The notes under the pieces are model-generated. The model was given only the letters and a program-made list of their open reading frames with translations, searched no databases and had not been told where the DNA came from. This document shows positions 1 through 8,729 of a stretch of 64,000 bases of DNA, piece by piece (position 1 is the first letter of the stretch; each line of letters opens with the position of its first letter). The DNA is from an uncultured Bacteroidales bacterium (GTDB lineage Bacteria > Bacteroidota > Bacteroidia > Bacteroidales > JAGOPY01): assembly GCA_964567785.1 (NCBI GenBank), contig CAZMOK010000009.1, forward strand, positions 224-64,223, in the 5' to 3' direction. Both the position numbers and the translations under genes were made by a program.

Positions 1-2
1 AC

Positions 3-227
3 TATTCCATCCTTATCACAGTGATTGTTTTATTATCCCTGCTTATCGTTGATGCACCGGGTCGTATCTTTTACGGCCCGGTTGCCGGGGTGTTATTGAT
101 ATTTCCCTGCATTCTGAATATGGCCACTCATCGCAGGTATTACTTCAGGATGAACTATGTATACTGCCAGATACGGATCTTTGTTTTTCTGGGACTCATC
201 GCCTTGTTTTATTTTCTGCCGGACTGA
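3..227 (+). CDS. C-terminal fragment of a hydrophobic (membrane) protein entering from the left edge
   Basis: The frame is open from the first bases of the window to the TGA at 225-227. The translated tail is strongly hydrophobic (LLSLLIV, FVFLGLIALFYF). No family recognised. Confidence 0.25.
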   Translation, partial: YSILITVIVLLSLLIVDAPGRIFYGPVAGVLLIFPCILNMATHRRYYFRMNYVYCQIRIFVFLGLIALFYFLPD

Positions 228-395
228 AAAGTCGGATTGGGTTAGCAGGGAATCCATTTTATCACTTATTTAATTTGACACATCATTACGTTTATCAAAC
301 AGTTACCAGCGTTGATCAATCTTTCTCATACCTTTCCCGGTAAAGATGTATTTTTATTATGGATTAAGATTATTAACCCGGTCAATCTTATTACC

Positions 396-902
396 ATGAA
401 AAAACAAATGATGATTATGTTCTCTCTTGCTTTCCTGGCAATAGCCTGTTTTTCGCAGCAAAGCATATTTCCGCCCGTTGATGTCCTTAGCCTCGACGGT
501 ACAGTTATAAAAGCTTCCGAAATAGAAACAGGAGAATATCCTGTAATTGTAATATTCTGGAACCCCGATGATCGTAAATGCTGCAATCATATTCAGGATA
601 TCCAGGATGTGTATAATGAAACATTTTCTGATTATGAACTGAAGGTCATAGGTATCTGCTGTAATACCAACGGCACTTTTCAGCATATCAGGCCAACTGT
701 CATGGGCCGTGAATGGGATATGCAAGTATATGTAGATAAAACGGGTGATTTCAAAAACTCAATGGGCGTGTCAAATATTCCGTTCACTTTCCTTTTCAAC
801 CCCGATAAGCAGATAGTTTGCCGTTACAATGGATATTGTTCGGGCTCGGAAGACATTTTATGTGAAAAGCTAAAGGAGTGTCTTCAACCCATTGCCGATT
901 AA
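396..902 (+). CDS. secreted thioredoxin-fold (TlpA/AhpC-like) protein lacking a canonical CXXC
   Basis: The internal ATG at 396 gives MKKQMMIMFSLAFLAIACFSQ, which looks like a signal peptide. The layout DGTVIKASE...YPVIVIFWNP..C and the tail NIPFTFLFNPDKQIV are typical of redoxin-fold proteins. The active-site position reads DDRKCC rather than WCxxC. Confidence 0.5.
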   Translation: MKKQMMIMFSLAFLAIACFSQQSIFPPVDVLSLDGTVIKASEIETGEYPVIVIFWNPDDRKCCNHIQDIQDVYNETFSDYELKVIGICCNTNGTFQHIRPTVMGREWDMQVYVDKTGDFKNSMGVSNIPFTFLFNPDKQIVCRYNGYCSGSEDILCEKLKECLQPIAD

Positions 903-972
903 TATTTCGCTCCGTTGTTTTACGACGCATTATTTATTACTTTAGCACATGCCGGTCAGCAAACGGAGGAAA

Positions 973-2355
973 ATGTACGTGAAAAATTCCGGACTTTTAT
1001 CAGTAGTTGTACTTTTGGCAATTATTCTGTCATCCCTCGCATTAAGCTGTGGATGCAAAAAAGAAGACCCTGAGCCTGAAAACCAGTGGCCCGAGGGCTC
1101 CGTTCCCATGAATGATTTTCTGAAATGGTCACTTGCCTCCACGCCATCATCGTTTCCCGAATCATCTGTAGCAGGTAACCTTAACTATGGTAAGAACCGG
1201 GCAAAATTGTGCTGGTACAACATCGATCCAATTTTCTCAAAAGGGCATCCCGAGAAACCGCCCAATATTGCACTTGAAGAACTATCTAAACCTTATATAA
1301 GAGAAGTATTTGAGCATGAGATATTTCCCTTGATGGAAAATCCCAGTGGTCAACCAGTAGTGGTCAATACCTTGAATATTGATCTATACCCATCACTTCG
1401 TGGACCCTATAATTTTGATGCTTTCCCTTCCGCTGTATCAGCAGGCATGGACCCTAATGGTAACCTGGCTTCCCCCGGAACAAGATGGGGCGGGATTATG
1501 AGGACCATTCCAAAAACCGATTTCAATTTGAATTATGTTGATTTCTGGATGCTCGATCCGTTCATCGAAAATGAAAACCTCTCCGGTGATCTTTATATCC
1601 ACCTGGGGAATTTCAATGAGGATATTTTAAGGGACAACCATGTATCCAATGAAGCATCCGTTGCACAGGAACCAGCTTATATGGACACAACCGTATGGTG
1701 CCTGGCAGGAAAATACAACAAGTGGAAAGACACTTTCAGCTCTGCCGCAGATCAGGACCTTGGCCTCGATGGCCTTGATAACCAGGGTGAAGTAAATCAT
1801 TATAACAGCTTTCTGCAGGATGTTTTTGATTATTACGGTCAGGGTGTCCTTACAAAGATCCTGCACGACCCCTCGGCTGATGATTACCACTACTACAGAG
1901 GAACAGATTATGATAACTGGACGCCGGCCTCCCAGGTTAAAGTCAGGTACCAGCTGGTGAACGGTTTGCAGGGAAATTCCAAGCCCGATCACCTGAGTCC
2001 TGAGAATTACCAAGTATCGTTAACCCAGACCCCTGATACGGAAGATATCGACAATTCTGATGATCTTGGCTTCACGGAGTCTTTCAGGGAGTACCACATT
2101 CCTGTCAGTAGCGGGGATTTTGTGGAAGGTGAAAACTTTATTGTAACTGTAAGAGATGCTTCCGGTGTTCCTTTGCCCGATGGTTCGATGGGAGAGTTTA
2201 AATGGTATCATTTCAGGATTCCGGTGGATGATTTTACCGACACTTACGGAAACCCGCTTTCCTTTTCAAATTTTGACATGATCCGGGTTTATCTTACCGG
2301 TTTTTCTGAACCTGTGACCATCAGGCTGGCCTATTTTTATCTTTCTGAAGAATGA
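973..2355 (+). CDS. lipoprotein resembling an internal segment of the T9SS translocon SprA
   Basis: The start at 973 gives MYVKNSGLLSVVVLLAIILSSLALSCGC, with a lipobox-like LSC. The stretches WSLASTP, YGKNRAKLCWYNIDPIF, VVNTLNIDLYPSLRGPYNF, WGGIMR, VDFWMLDPF, LGLDGLD, DDYHYY and FDMIRVYLTGF..IRLAYFYL match my memory of the central conserved part of SprA. Confidence 0.5.
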   Translation: MYVKNSGLLSVVVLLAIILSSLALSCGCKKEDPEPENQWPEGSVPMNDFLKWSLASTPSSFPESSVAGNLNYGKNRAKLCWYNIDPIFSKGHPEKPPNIALEELSKPYIREVFEHEIFPLMENPSGQPVVVNTLNIDLYPSLRGPYNFDAFPSAVSAGMDPNGNLASPGTRWGGIMRTIPKTDFNLNYVDFWMLDPFIENENLSGDLYIHLGNFNEDILRDNHVSNEASVAQEPAYMDTTVWCLAGKYNKWKDTFSSAADQDLGLDGLDNQGEVNHYNSFLQDVFDYYGQGVLTKILHDPSADDYHYYRGTDYDNWTPASQVKVRYQLVNGLQGNSKPDHLSPENYQVSLTQTPDTEDIDNSDDLGFTESFREYHIPVSSGDFVEGENFIVTVRDASGVPLPDGSMGEFKWYHFRIPVDDFTDTYGNPLSFSNFDMIRVYLTGFSEPVTIRLAYFYLSEE

Positions 2356-2369
2356 GAGACGACGTCTCA
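2352..2369. repeat. 18-nt ATGAGAGACGACGTCTCA motif (core GAGACG-A-CGTCTC), copy 1
   Basis: It is identical to the 18-mer at 51835-51852. It bridges the TGA of the + gene (2353-2355) and the TGA of the convergent - gene (2367-2369), and a T6 run follows at 2370-2375. Confidence 0.7.
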
Positions 2370-4013
2370 TTTTTTACTAAATTTTTTTATGGACCCATCC
2401 TTGACTTTGGCCCAATAATTGTTAAGGTCGCGCTTCACTTCGGGGGCCAGGATTACCAGCCCGATCATATTGGGGAACGCCATGCAAAGCACCATCATAT
2501 CTGAGAAATCTATCACTGCCCTGAGCGATGAGGAAGCCCCTACTACTATGCATGCCAGGAAAAAAAGCCTGAAAATTGTGTCACTGACCTTCCTGGTTCC
2601 GAAGAGCTTCTGGCTCCAGCCACCGAAAAGATAATCAAACCCCTTTTGTCCGTAGTACGACCAGGAGATCATCGTGGAAAAGGCAAAAAGTGTGACCGCA
2701 AGCAGAAGCAGGTAAGGGAACCAGGGGAAAACAGTGCCGAAAGCTGCTGAGGTAAGGTGAACCCCTTCAAGGTTGGTGGTATTGTAAAAGCCTGTAAAAA
2801 TGATGACCAGGGCAGTCATGGTGCAAACGATCACGGTATCCACAAATGGCTCGAGAAGGGCCACTATGCCCTCGCTTACCGGTTCGCTTGTCTTTGCCGC
2901 AGCGTGTGCTATCGATGCGGAACCCACACCTGCTTCGTTTGAGAAAGCACCCCTTTGGAATCCATAGATCAGAACCCCTATGAAGCCACCCTTCAGTGCA
3001 TCGGCCGAGAAAGCCCCGTTGAATATCGCCATAAAAGCATCATCGGTTTTATCAATATTCAGGAAAATTATAACAAGTGCGGTACCCACATAAAGCAGTG
3101 CCATGAACGGGACGATCCTTGAGGTCACCCTTGCAATGCCTTTTATGCCCCCGATTATTACAAGCCCGACAAGGAAAGCCATTACAATACCATACCAGAA
3201 ACCATGGTCTTCTGTGCGGGGAAAAAATGTAGTGAACTGCTCGAATGCCTGGTTTGACTGAAGCATATTTCCACCTCCCACCGACCCACCGATTACAAGG
3301 ATTGCAAACGAAACTGCCAGGATATGGCCCAGCAGGCCAAGGTTCCGCTTTTTCAGTCCGTACCTGAGGTAGTACATGGCTCCTCCCGATACTTCACCCC
3401 TGGAATTGATCTTTCGGTATTTCAATCCCAGTGTGCATTCAGTGAACTTCGACGACATACCCAGCAGGCCGGCAAGGATCATCCAGAAGGTGGCGCCTGG
3501 TCCCCCTACCGACACTGCGACTGCCACCCCGGCAATGTTTCCCAGGCCTACAGTAGCTGAAAGGGCTGTGGTCAGCGCCTGGAAATGCGATACCTCCCCA
3601 CTTGATCCCGGCTTGTCGTACTTGCCTCTTATCAGGTTCACAGAATGCCTGAATCCCCTGATATTAATGAATTTCATGTAAATTGTGAAGAACAGTCCAC
3701 CGGCAATGAGCCAGAGCACTATCAGTTTGAGCGGTGCCGTTATGATCTCCCCCTTATGATCCTTTACAGGCTCCTCCTTTTCATTTCTTACCACAGGATC
3801 ATAAACTCCCAAAGCCTCAAAAGGGTCCCAGAACAATATTTTTCCCAGCCCTTCAACAATAGGAGTGAAGGTATTGTTAATGCGGTCGCTAAGGGTAAGT
3901 TGAGTATTATTCTCGAGGCTGTCAGATAAGGAATATGGACGCTCTTCAGCGTAACCTGACGTGGTTGCTGACGAAAAAAAGAGTGTTATTACCAGAAGTT
4001 TTGAGAGTCTCAT
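2367..4013 (-). CDS. alanine/glycine:cation symporter (AGCS family), long form
   Basis: 548-aa multi-TM ORF with FQALTTALSATVGLGNIAGVA and GAFSNEAGVGSASIAHAAAKT, both characteristic of sodium:alanine symporters. It carries an extra ~90-aa N-terminal region with a signal-like start. Confidence 0.9.
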   Translation of the reverse strand: MRLSKLLVITLFFSSATTSGYAEERPYSLSDSLENNTQLTLSDRINNTFTPIVEGLGKILFWDPFEALGVYDPVVRNEKEEPVKDHKGEIITAPLKLIVLWLIAGGLFFTIYMKFINIRGFRHSVNLIRGKYDKPGSSGEVSHFQALTTALSATVGLGNIAGVAVAVSVGGPGATFWMILAGLLGMSSKFTECTLGLKYRKINSRGEVSGGAMYYLRYGLKKRNLGLLGHILAVSFAILVIGGSVGGGNMLQSNQAFEQFTTFFPRTEDHGFWYGIVMAFLVGLVIIGGIKGIARVTSRIVPFMALLYVGTALVIIFLNIDKTDDAFMAIFNGAFSADALKGGFIGVLIYGFQRGAFSNEAGVGSASIAHAAAKTSEPVSEGIVALLEPFVDTVIVCTMTALVIIFTGFYNTTNLEGVHLTSAAFGTVFPWFPYLLLLAVTLFAFSTMISWSYYGQKGFDYLFGGWSQKLFGTRKVSDTIFRLFFLACIVVGASSSLRAVIDFSDMMVLCMAFPNMIGLVILAPEVKRDLNNYWAKVKDGSIKKFSKK

Positions 4014-4054
4014 TAATTAAACACTTAACGCTCAACACTAATAACTAAACACTA
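4011..4054 (-). repeat. heptamer-phased spacer between the two symporter genes
   Basis: Read on the - strand from the stop codon: TAGTGTT TAGTTAT TAGTGTT GAGCGTT AAGTGTT TAATTAA TG. That is six in-phase 7-mers running from the upstream stop to the downstream ATG. Confidence 0.6.
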
Positions 4055-5449
4055 TTTAACTTTAAGCTTTTTCATCTCGGCAAAATATTTCCTTGTCTCG
4101 CTCATCACCACCGGCGCCAGGAACAGCAAGGCAATGAGGTTAGGGATGGTCATAAATGTGATCACCATGTCGACGAAATGCCAAACAATGTCAATACCCC
4201 AGATAGCACCTAAGAATACAAAAAGGCAATACAGGTAGTAGTAAGGCTTGATATATCTTTCGCCCAGCAGGTAGTTTGCGGCCCTGGTGCCATAGTACGA
4301 CCAGGATATAACTGTGGAAAAGGCAAAAAGCATAAGACCGATCGCGACAACGTGCTGCCCGAAACCTGAGATACCCACTCTTGTGAGGCCTATCTCCATT
4401 CCCTGAATGGTCATTCCCACACCTTTTATTCCCGATTGCCAGGCTCCAGTTACTATGATGACAAGGGCGGTTAGCGTACAGATAATGAGCGTATCTACCA
4501 GTGGTTCGAGCGAGGCAACCAGTCCTTCTCTTGCAGGGTATTCGGTCTTGGCAGCTGCGTGAGCTATAGGGGCAGACCCCTGTCCGGCCTCGTTCGAAAA
4601 CAACCCCCGTCTTACGCCCCATAACAGTGTCATGAGAAAGGTAGACCCGACAAAACCACCCGCTGCCGCTGTTCCTGTGAAGGCATCTGAAACGATCATT
4701 GCAAAGGCGCCCGGAACCCTGTCATACTCAATAAATACTATGGCTACAGCACTTATGAAATAGAGAATTGCCATGATTGGCACAAGCCGGCTTGTTACTT
4801 CTGCAATTCTCTTAATACCTCCAACCACTACCATGAATACCAGCGAGGTGATCACGATACCGGATAGCCATGTGGGTATATTGTAATTTGTGAACAAAGC
4901 ATCGCTCATCGAATTCGACTGGGCCATATTGCCTGTCCCGAGCGAGCATAAAATTGCAGCAATTGCGAAAATTACGGCAAGTATCTTCGCAAACTTTCCA
5001 AGCTTGTTTTTAAGGCCGTGCTCCATATAGTACATCGGTCCTCCCGAAACACTTCCATCCGAGTTAAAGATCCTGTATTTATGTGAAAGGGTGCATTCAG
5101 TGTACTTGAGTATCATTCCAAGAAAACCGGTTACCCACATCCAGAATACAGACCCGGGCCCGCCCAGATAGATAGCCAGTGAAACCCCTACAATATTCCC
5201 CGTACCAACAGTTGCTGAAAGAGCTGTTGTCAAAGCCTTAAAGTGGTTGACGTCACCGGCATCTCCGTGCTTGTCGTATTTACCGGCAACCACACGGATT
5301 GAGTGCCATAGCCTGGTTACATTCAGGAATTTAAGCCTGAAAATGAAGTAGATCCCGGTAGGTATCAGCAGGAAAAGAACAAGGTAGCCACCCACATAGT
5401 TGTTATAAGTTACAATGACGTGGTCAACATAGTCAAGCACAGATCCCAT
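4052..5449 (-). CDS. alanine/glycine:cation symporter (AGCS family)
   Basis: 465 aa, with FKALTTALSATVGTGNIVGV and GLFSNEAGQGSAPIAHAAAKT. It is a paralog of the adjacent gene. Confidence 0.9.
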   Translation of the reverse strand: MGSVLDYVDHVIVTYNNYVGGYLVLFLLIPTGIYFIFRLKFLNVTRLWHSIRVVAGKYDKHGDAGDVNHFKALTTALSATVGTGNIVGVSLAIYLGGPGSVFWMWVTGFLGMILKYTECTLSHKYRIFNSDGSVSGGPMYYMEHGLKNKLGKFAKILAVIFAIAAILCSLGTGNMAQSNSMSDALFTNYNIPTWLSGIVITSLVFMVVVGGIKRIAEVTSRLVPIMAILYFISAVAIVFIEYDRVPGAFAMIVSDAFTGTAAAGGFVGSTFLMTLLWGVRRGLFSNEAGQGSAPIAHAAAKTEYPAREGLVASLEPLVDTLIICTLTALVIIVTGAWQSGIKGVGMTIQGMEIGLTRVGISGFGQHVVAIGLMLFAFSTVISWSYYGTRAANYLLGERYIKPYYYLYCLFVFLGAIWGIDIVWHFVDMVITFMTIPNLIALLFLAPVVMSETRKYFAEMKKLKVK

Positions 5450-5552
5450 ATCAGTCTGATTATAGTTTCTTGGTTTTCGAGAATTAAGAAGCTAAAATAG
5501 AAAAATTATCCCATGACGATCAGCGAAGGATGTTATTGAATACGAACAGCAT

Positions 5553-6599
5553 TTATTTACTATTTTTACTATCCTTCTCTGACCTTATCATCTCCTTCAT
5601 ATCTTCAATTTGCTTTTTGGTCCCCAGCACAAAAAGCTTTGATCCCGGAATAACCCTGGTATCGGGTGAGGGGTTCAGTATATACTTCCCTTCCGGGTTT
5701 TTATATCCAATGATGTTGGCTCCTGTTTTCCTTCGGATACCTATTTCATAAATGGTCTTGCTCAGGGCATCTTCCGGAAGATCGTGGCAGACAATCTCCT
5801 CCAGGTTGGTGGGGTCTTCATAGTTTATTGTAAGGTGTTCCAGGAACTCAACTACATCAGGCCTTGCGATCAGGTCTGCCATATGCGCCCCTCCGACTCT
5901 TTCGGGCATAACAACATTATCCACACCCGCCATTCGAAGCTTTCGTTCAGAGGTGTCGTCGGAAGCCCTGCTGATTATGAGAAGATCCGGGTTTAGCGAC
6001 CTTGCTGTAAGCACTACATAAAGATTGTCGGCATCCACGGGCATTGTGGATATCAGCGCTTTTGCAGTTTTTATATTGGCCTTTATCAGGGTGTCGTCCT
6101 GGGTGGCATCCCCTTCCAGGAACCTGGCAGGCTTGTCCATGTTCTTTACAATGATATCGTGACTCTGGTCTATTACAACAAACTGGTAACTGTGGGCTTC
6201 CAGCTCCTTAACCGCCTGCTGACCATTTCGTCCGAAGCCACAGACTATAACGTGATTTTCCATCTTTTTTCTCGATTTTGTTCTGTAACCTTTTATGATG
6301 TATCGCAACTGCCCCTCCAGCAGGTATGTTGAAATGATAGTGATCGCATAGGCGAAAGTGCTGAGGCTCATGATGATCAGGATGATAGTAAAAAGTTTGC
6401 CCGGAACAGACAATCTGTGTATTTCACCGAAACCAACAGTTGAGATAGTAATTATCGTCATGTAAAGGGCATTCAGTAAGGGGTCATTTTCAATGACCAT
6501 GTAGCCCAAAGTTCCGAGGATCACCAACGATAACAGTAATATAACAGCCGTCCTTAGCCTTTTAGAACTGTACTTACCGTCGATCGGACCTAAATTCAT
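5553..6599 (-). CDS. potassium channel with RCK/TrkA domains
   Basis: N-terminal TM helices carry a pore-like TVGFGE. A Rossmann-type VIVCGFGRNGQQ (TrkA-N) and a TrkA-C-like C-terminus follow. Confidence 0.85.
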   Translation of the reverse strand: MNLGPIDGKYSSKRLRTAVILLLSLVILGTLGYMVIENDPLLNALYMTIITISTVGFGEIHRLSVPGKLFTIILIIMSLSTFAYAITIISTYLLEGQLRYIIKGYRTKSRKKMENHVIVCGFGRNGQQAVKELEAHSYQFVVIDQSHDIIVKNMDKPARFLEGDATQDDTLIKANIKTAKALISTMPVDADNLYVVLTARSLNPDLLIISRASDDTSERKLRMAGVDNVVMPERVGGAHMADLIARPDVVEFLEHLTINYEDPTNLEEIVCHDLPEDALSKTIYEIGIRRKTGANIIGYKNPEGKYILNPSPDTRVIPGSKLFVLGTKKQIEDMKEMIRSEKDSKNSK

Positions 6600-6666
6600 A
6601 TAACAAATATAGAAAATGGGGGGTCATTTTTCAGCCTGAAACCTATTAATAGAAAAATTTTTTATC

Positions 6667-7941
6667 ATGACAGAAGACTACTTACAGTATGCCTGGAAGT
6701 TCCAGATGTTCAACGGCCCTTTGAAAACTTCCGGCAATGAAAGAATTCTGGTGATTTCCACCGGGGAACTCAACAAGGATTCGGGGCCCGATTTTTTCAA
6801 CGCCCAGGTAGTGATCGGCAGCACCAGGTGGGCAGGTAATGTGGAGATTCATGTCAACTCATCCGACTGGTACAGGCACGGGCACCATAAAGACGAAACA
6901 TACGATAATGTGATCTTACATGTTGTTTATACAAACGACAGACAGGTGGTTAACCAGGACGGCAGTGTAATCCCCGTTCTTGAATTAAAAAAATACCTGA
7001 AAGCTAAAGCATATAAGATTTACAGGTACCTTCTCCGGAACAGGGCAGGCATACCCTGTCAGGACATGATTTCTGCTGTTGACCAAATTCATATTACCGA
7101 TTGGAAAGAAGCACTGTTCTTCAGGCGGCTGGAAAGAAAAGTTAGGGCGCTTGAAGAGGAATTAAAAGACCAAAACATGGACCTGGAGAAAGTTTTCGTT
7201 ATTAATCTTTTCAGGGTATTCGGTTTTAAGGTGAATAAGCTGCCTTTTGAACTGACCGGCAAATCGATACCCATCAGGGCAATTAAATTTGCCAGGTCTG
7301 ATCTTATAAGTATTGAGGCCCTGTTGTTTGGTCAGGCGGGGATGCTCAAAGGAAGATTCCGGGAAAAATATCCCCGGATGATCAGAAAGGAATATCAATA
7401 TCTCAAGAGTAAGTATGGACTTGAGCCCATAGAGGGCCATCTTTGGAAATATCTGAGATTGAGGCCCGTGAATTTCCCGACCATCAGACTGGCACAACTG
7501 GCCTCACTGATCCACAGGGAAGGTACCGGATGGTGCGGAACGCTTCTGCATAAGGATTACAAGGAAATAAGGGAAATATTGAGGGTTGAAGTAAGTGATT
7601 ACTGGAAGAAACACTTCCTGTTCGGAAAAAAAACAAACAAGCATGAAGTTTCGATAGGTCCCGATCTTACAAATCAAATAGTGATCAACCTGTTGCTTCC
7701 GTTTTCAGTGCTGAGGAGCAGACTGGAAGGCAGGAATGACAAAATTGAAGAATTGACTGAAATTTTGTATGATGTTGCGGCCGAAAAAAACAGCATCACA
7801 GGGTATTTCTCCGAACTGGGCCTAAAGCCGGACCACGCTGTTGATTCCCAGTCACTGATTGAATTAAAAACGCAATTTTGCGATTTCAAGCGCTGCCTCG
7901 ATTGCCGTATCGGGCATATAATACTGAAGAGATCTGACTGA
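6667..7941 (+). CDS. DUF2851 family protein
   Basis: 424 aa. The N-terminus EDYLQYAWKFQMF...GPDFFNAQV..WAGNVEIHV.SSDWY.HGH matches my memory of the conserved DUF2851 N-terminal block. Confidence 0.65.
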   Translation: MTEDYLQYAWKFQMFNGPLKTSGNERILVISTGELNKDSGPDFFNAQVVIGSTRWAGNVEIHVNSSDWYRHGHHKDETYDNVILHVVYTNDRQVVNQDGSVIPVLELKKYLKAKAYKIYRYLLRNRAGIPCQDMISAVDQIHITDWKEALFFRRLERKVRALEEELKDQNMDLEKVFVINLFRVFGFKVNKLPFELTGKSIPIRAIKFARSDLISIEALLFGQAGMLKGRFREKYPRMIRKEYQYLKSKYGLEPIEGHLWKYLRLRPVNFPTIRLAQLASLIHREGTGWCGTLLHKDYKEIREILRVEVSDYWKKHFLFGKKTNKHEVSIGPDLTNQIVINLLLPFSVLRSRLEGRNDKIEELTEILYDVAAEKNSITGYFSELGLKPDHAVDSQSLIELKTQFCDFKRCLDCRIGHIILKRSD

Positions 7942-7972
7942 AAAAAATGCCGTAAGATATTGTTTAACCTTA

Positions 7973-8004
7973 TTTGTTAACTGTCAGGAATTTGATTAAA
8001 TTTG
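7973..8004 (+). promoter_or_regulatory. candidate Bacteroidota-type promoter (TTTG ... TAAATTTG)
   Basis: TTTG at 7973-7976 and TAAATTTG (TAnnTTTG) at 7997-8004 are separated by 20 nt. The site lies about 30 nt upstream of the 8034 ATG. Confidence 0.35.
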
Positions 8005-8033
8005 TGCGTTATCTTCCTGTATAACTTTTACTA

Positions 8034-8324
8034 TTGATGGAAGAATTTGAAGAAAGGCTGGGAAGACTCGAGAAGAAAATAGGTGACTTAGCAGGCCGGC
8101 ACAGCCGGTCAAGGGAAGAGAATAAAAGGCTCAGGGAAGAAAACGAAAAGCTGATCGATGAAATAAAAACAAAGGAAAAACAGATATACGAACTCAAAAA
8201 ACACATAACTTTACTAAAAGTATCTTCTTCAGTCCACAAAATTTCAGGACCTGAAGAGACGGAAAAAAGAATAGAAGAACTTGTGCGGGAGATTGATAAG
8301 TGTATTGCACTTTTGAAAAAATAA
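8034..8324 (+). CDS. small coiled-coil protein upstream of zapA
   Basis: 96 aa, highly charged with a heptad-like E/K/L pattern. It sits 25 nt upstream of the ZapA-like gene. Confidence 0.5.
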   Translation: MMEEFEERLGRLEKKIGDLAGRHSRSREENKRLREENEKLIDEIKTKEKQIYELKKHITLLKVSSSVHKISGPEETEKRIEELVREIDKCIALLKK

Positions 8325-8349
8325 TAATTCAGGATAACGCAGTTTCAAC

Positions 8350-8637
8350 ATGAAAGAATTCACCATCAGCGTAAATATCGGAGACAGGGCTTACAGGTTG
8401 AAGTCCGGCCCCGGCGATGAAGAGTTCATCAGGAAAGCTGCAAAAGAGATTAATGAACAGATCAAGGAGTATTCGCAGCATTATGCCTTTAACGACAAAC
8501 AGGATCTTCTGGCGATGACAGCTCTCCATTTTGCCTTGTCGTCTTCCAAAAGCAGGGCTGACAATGCAAAGATGCTCAAGCTTTTGGATCAAAAGATTGG
8601 CGATATGGAAAGTGTTGTGAATGAACATCTTGATTAG
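8350..8637 (+). CDS. zapA: cell division protein ZapA-like
   Basis: 95 aa. FTISVNIGDRAYRLKSGPGDEEFIRKAAKEINEQIKEY fits the ZapA N-terminal pattern (I.G+.Y.l....EE..l+.AA..l...i). Confidence 0.7.
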   Translation: MKEFTISVNIGDRAYRLKSGPGDEEFIRKAAKEINEQIKEYSQHYAFNDKQDLLAMTALHFALSSSKSRADNAKMLKLLDQKIGDMESVVNEHLD

Positions 8638-8729
8638 GTTGCAATAGACAAGCGTTCTTTGAAAAAAGATATTACGATATACCCGCATTAATTCAACATC
8701 AGTTAGGAAAATCAACATTGTAAACTTTA

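Noticed and set aside
4191-4622. 143-aa same-strand, alternative-frame ORF inside the AGCS symporter gene
   Set aside because: It is an Arg/Cys/Gly-rich out-of-frame translation of a well-supported transporter gene.
5450-5552. Glycine riboswitch upstream of the AGCS symporter operon
   Set aside because: The 103-nt leader, read on the - strand, has none of the conserved glycine-aptamer blocks (GGAGAG, ACCGAAGGGGCAA-type). It is AT-rich and unstructured.
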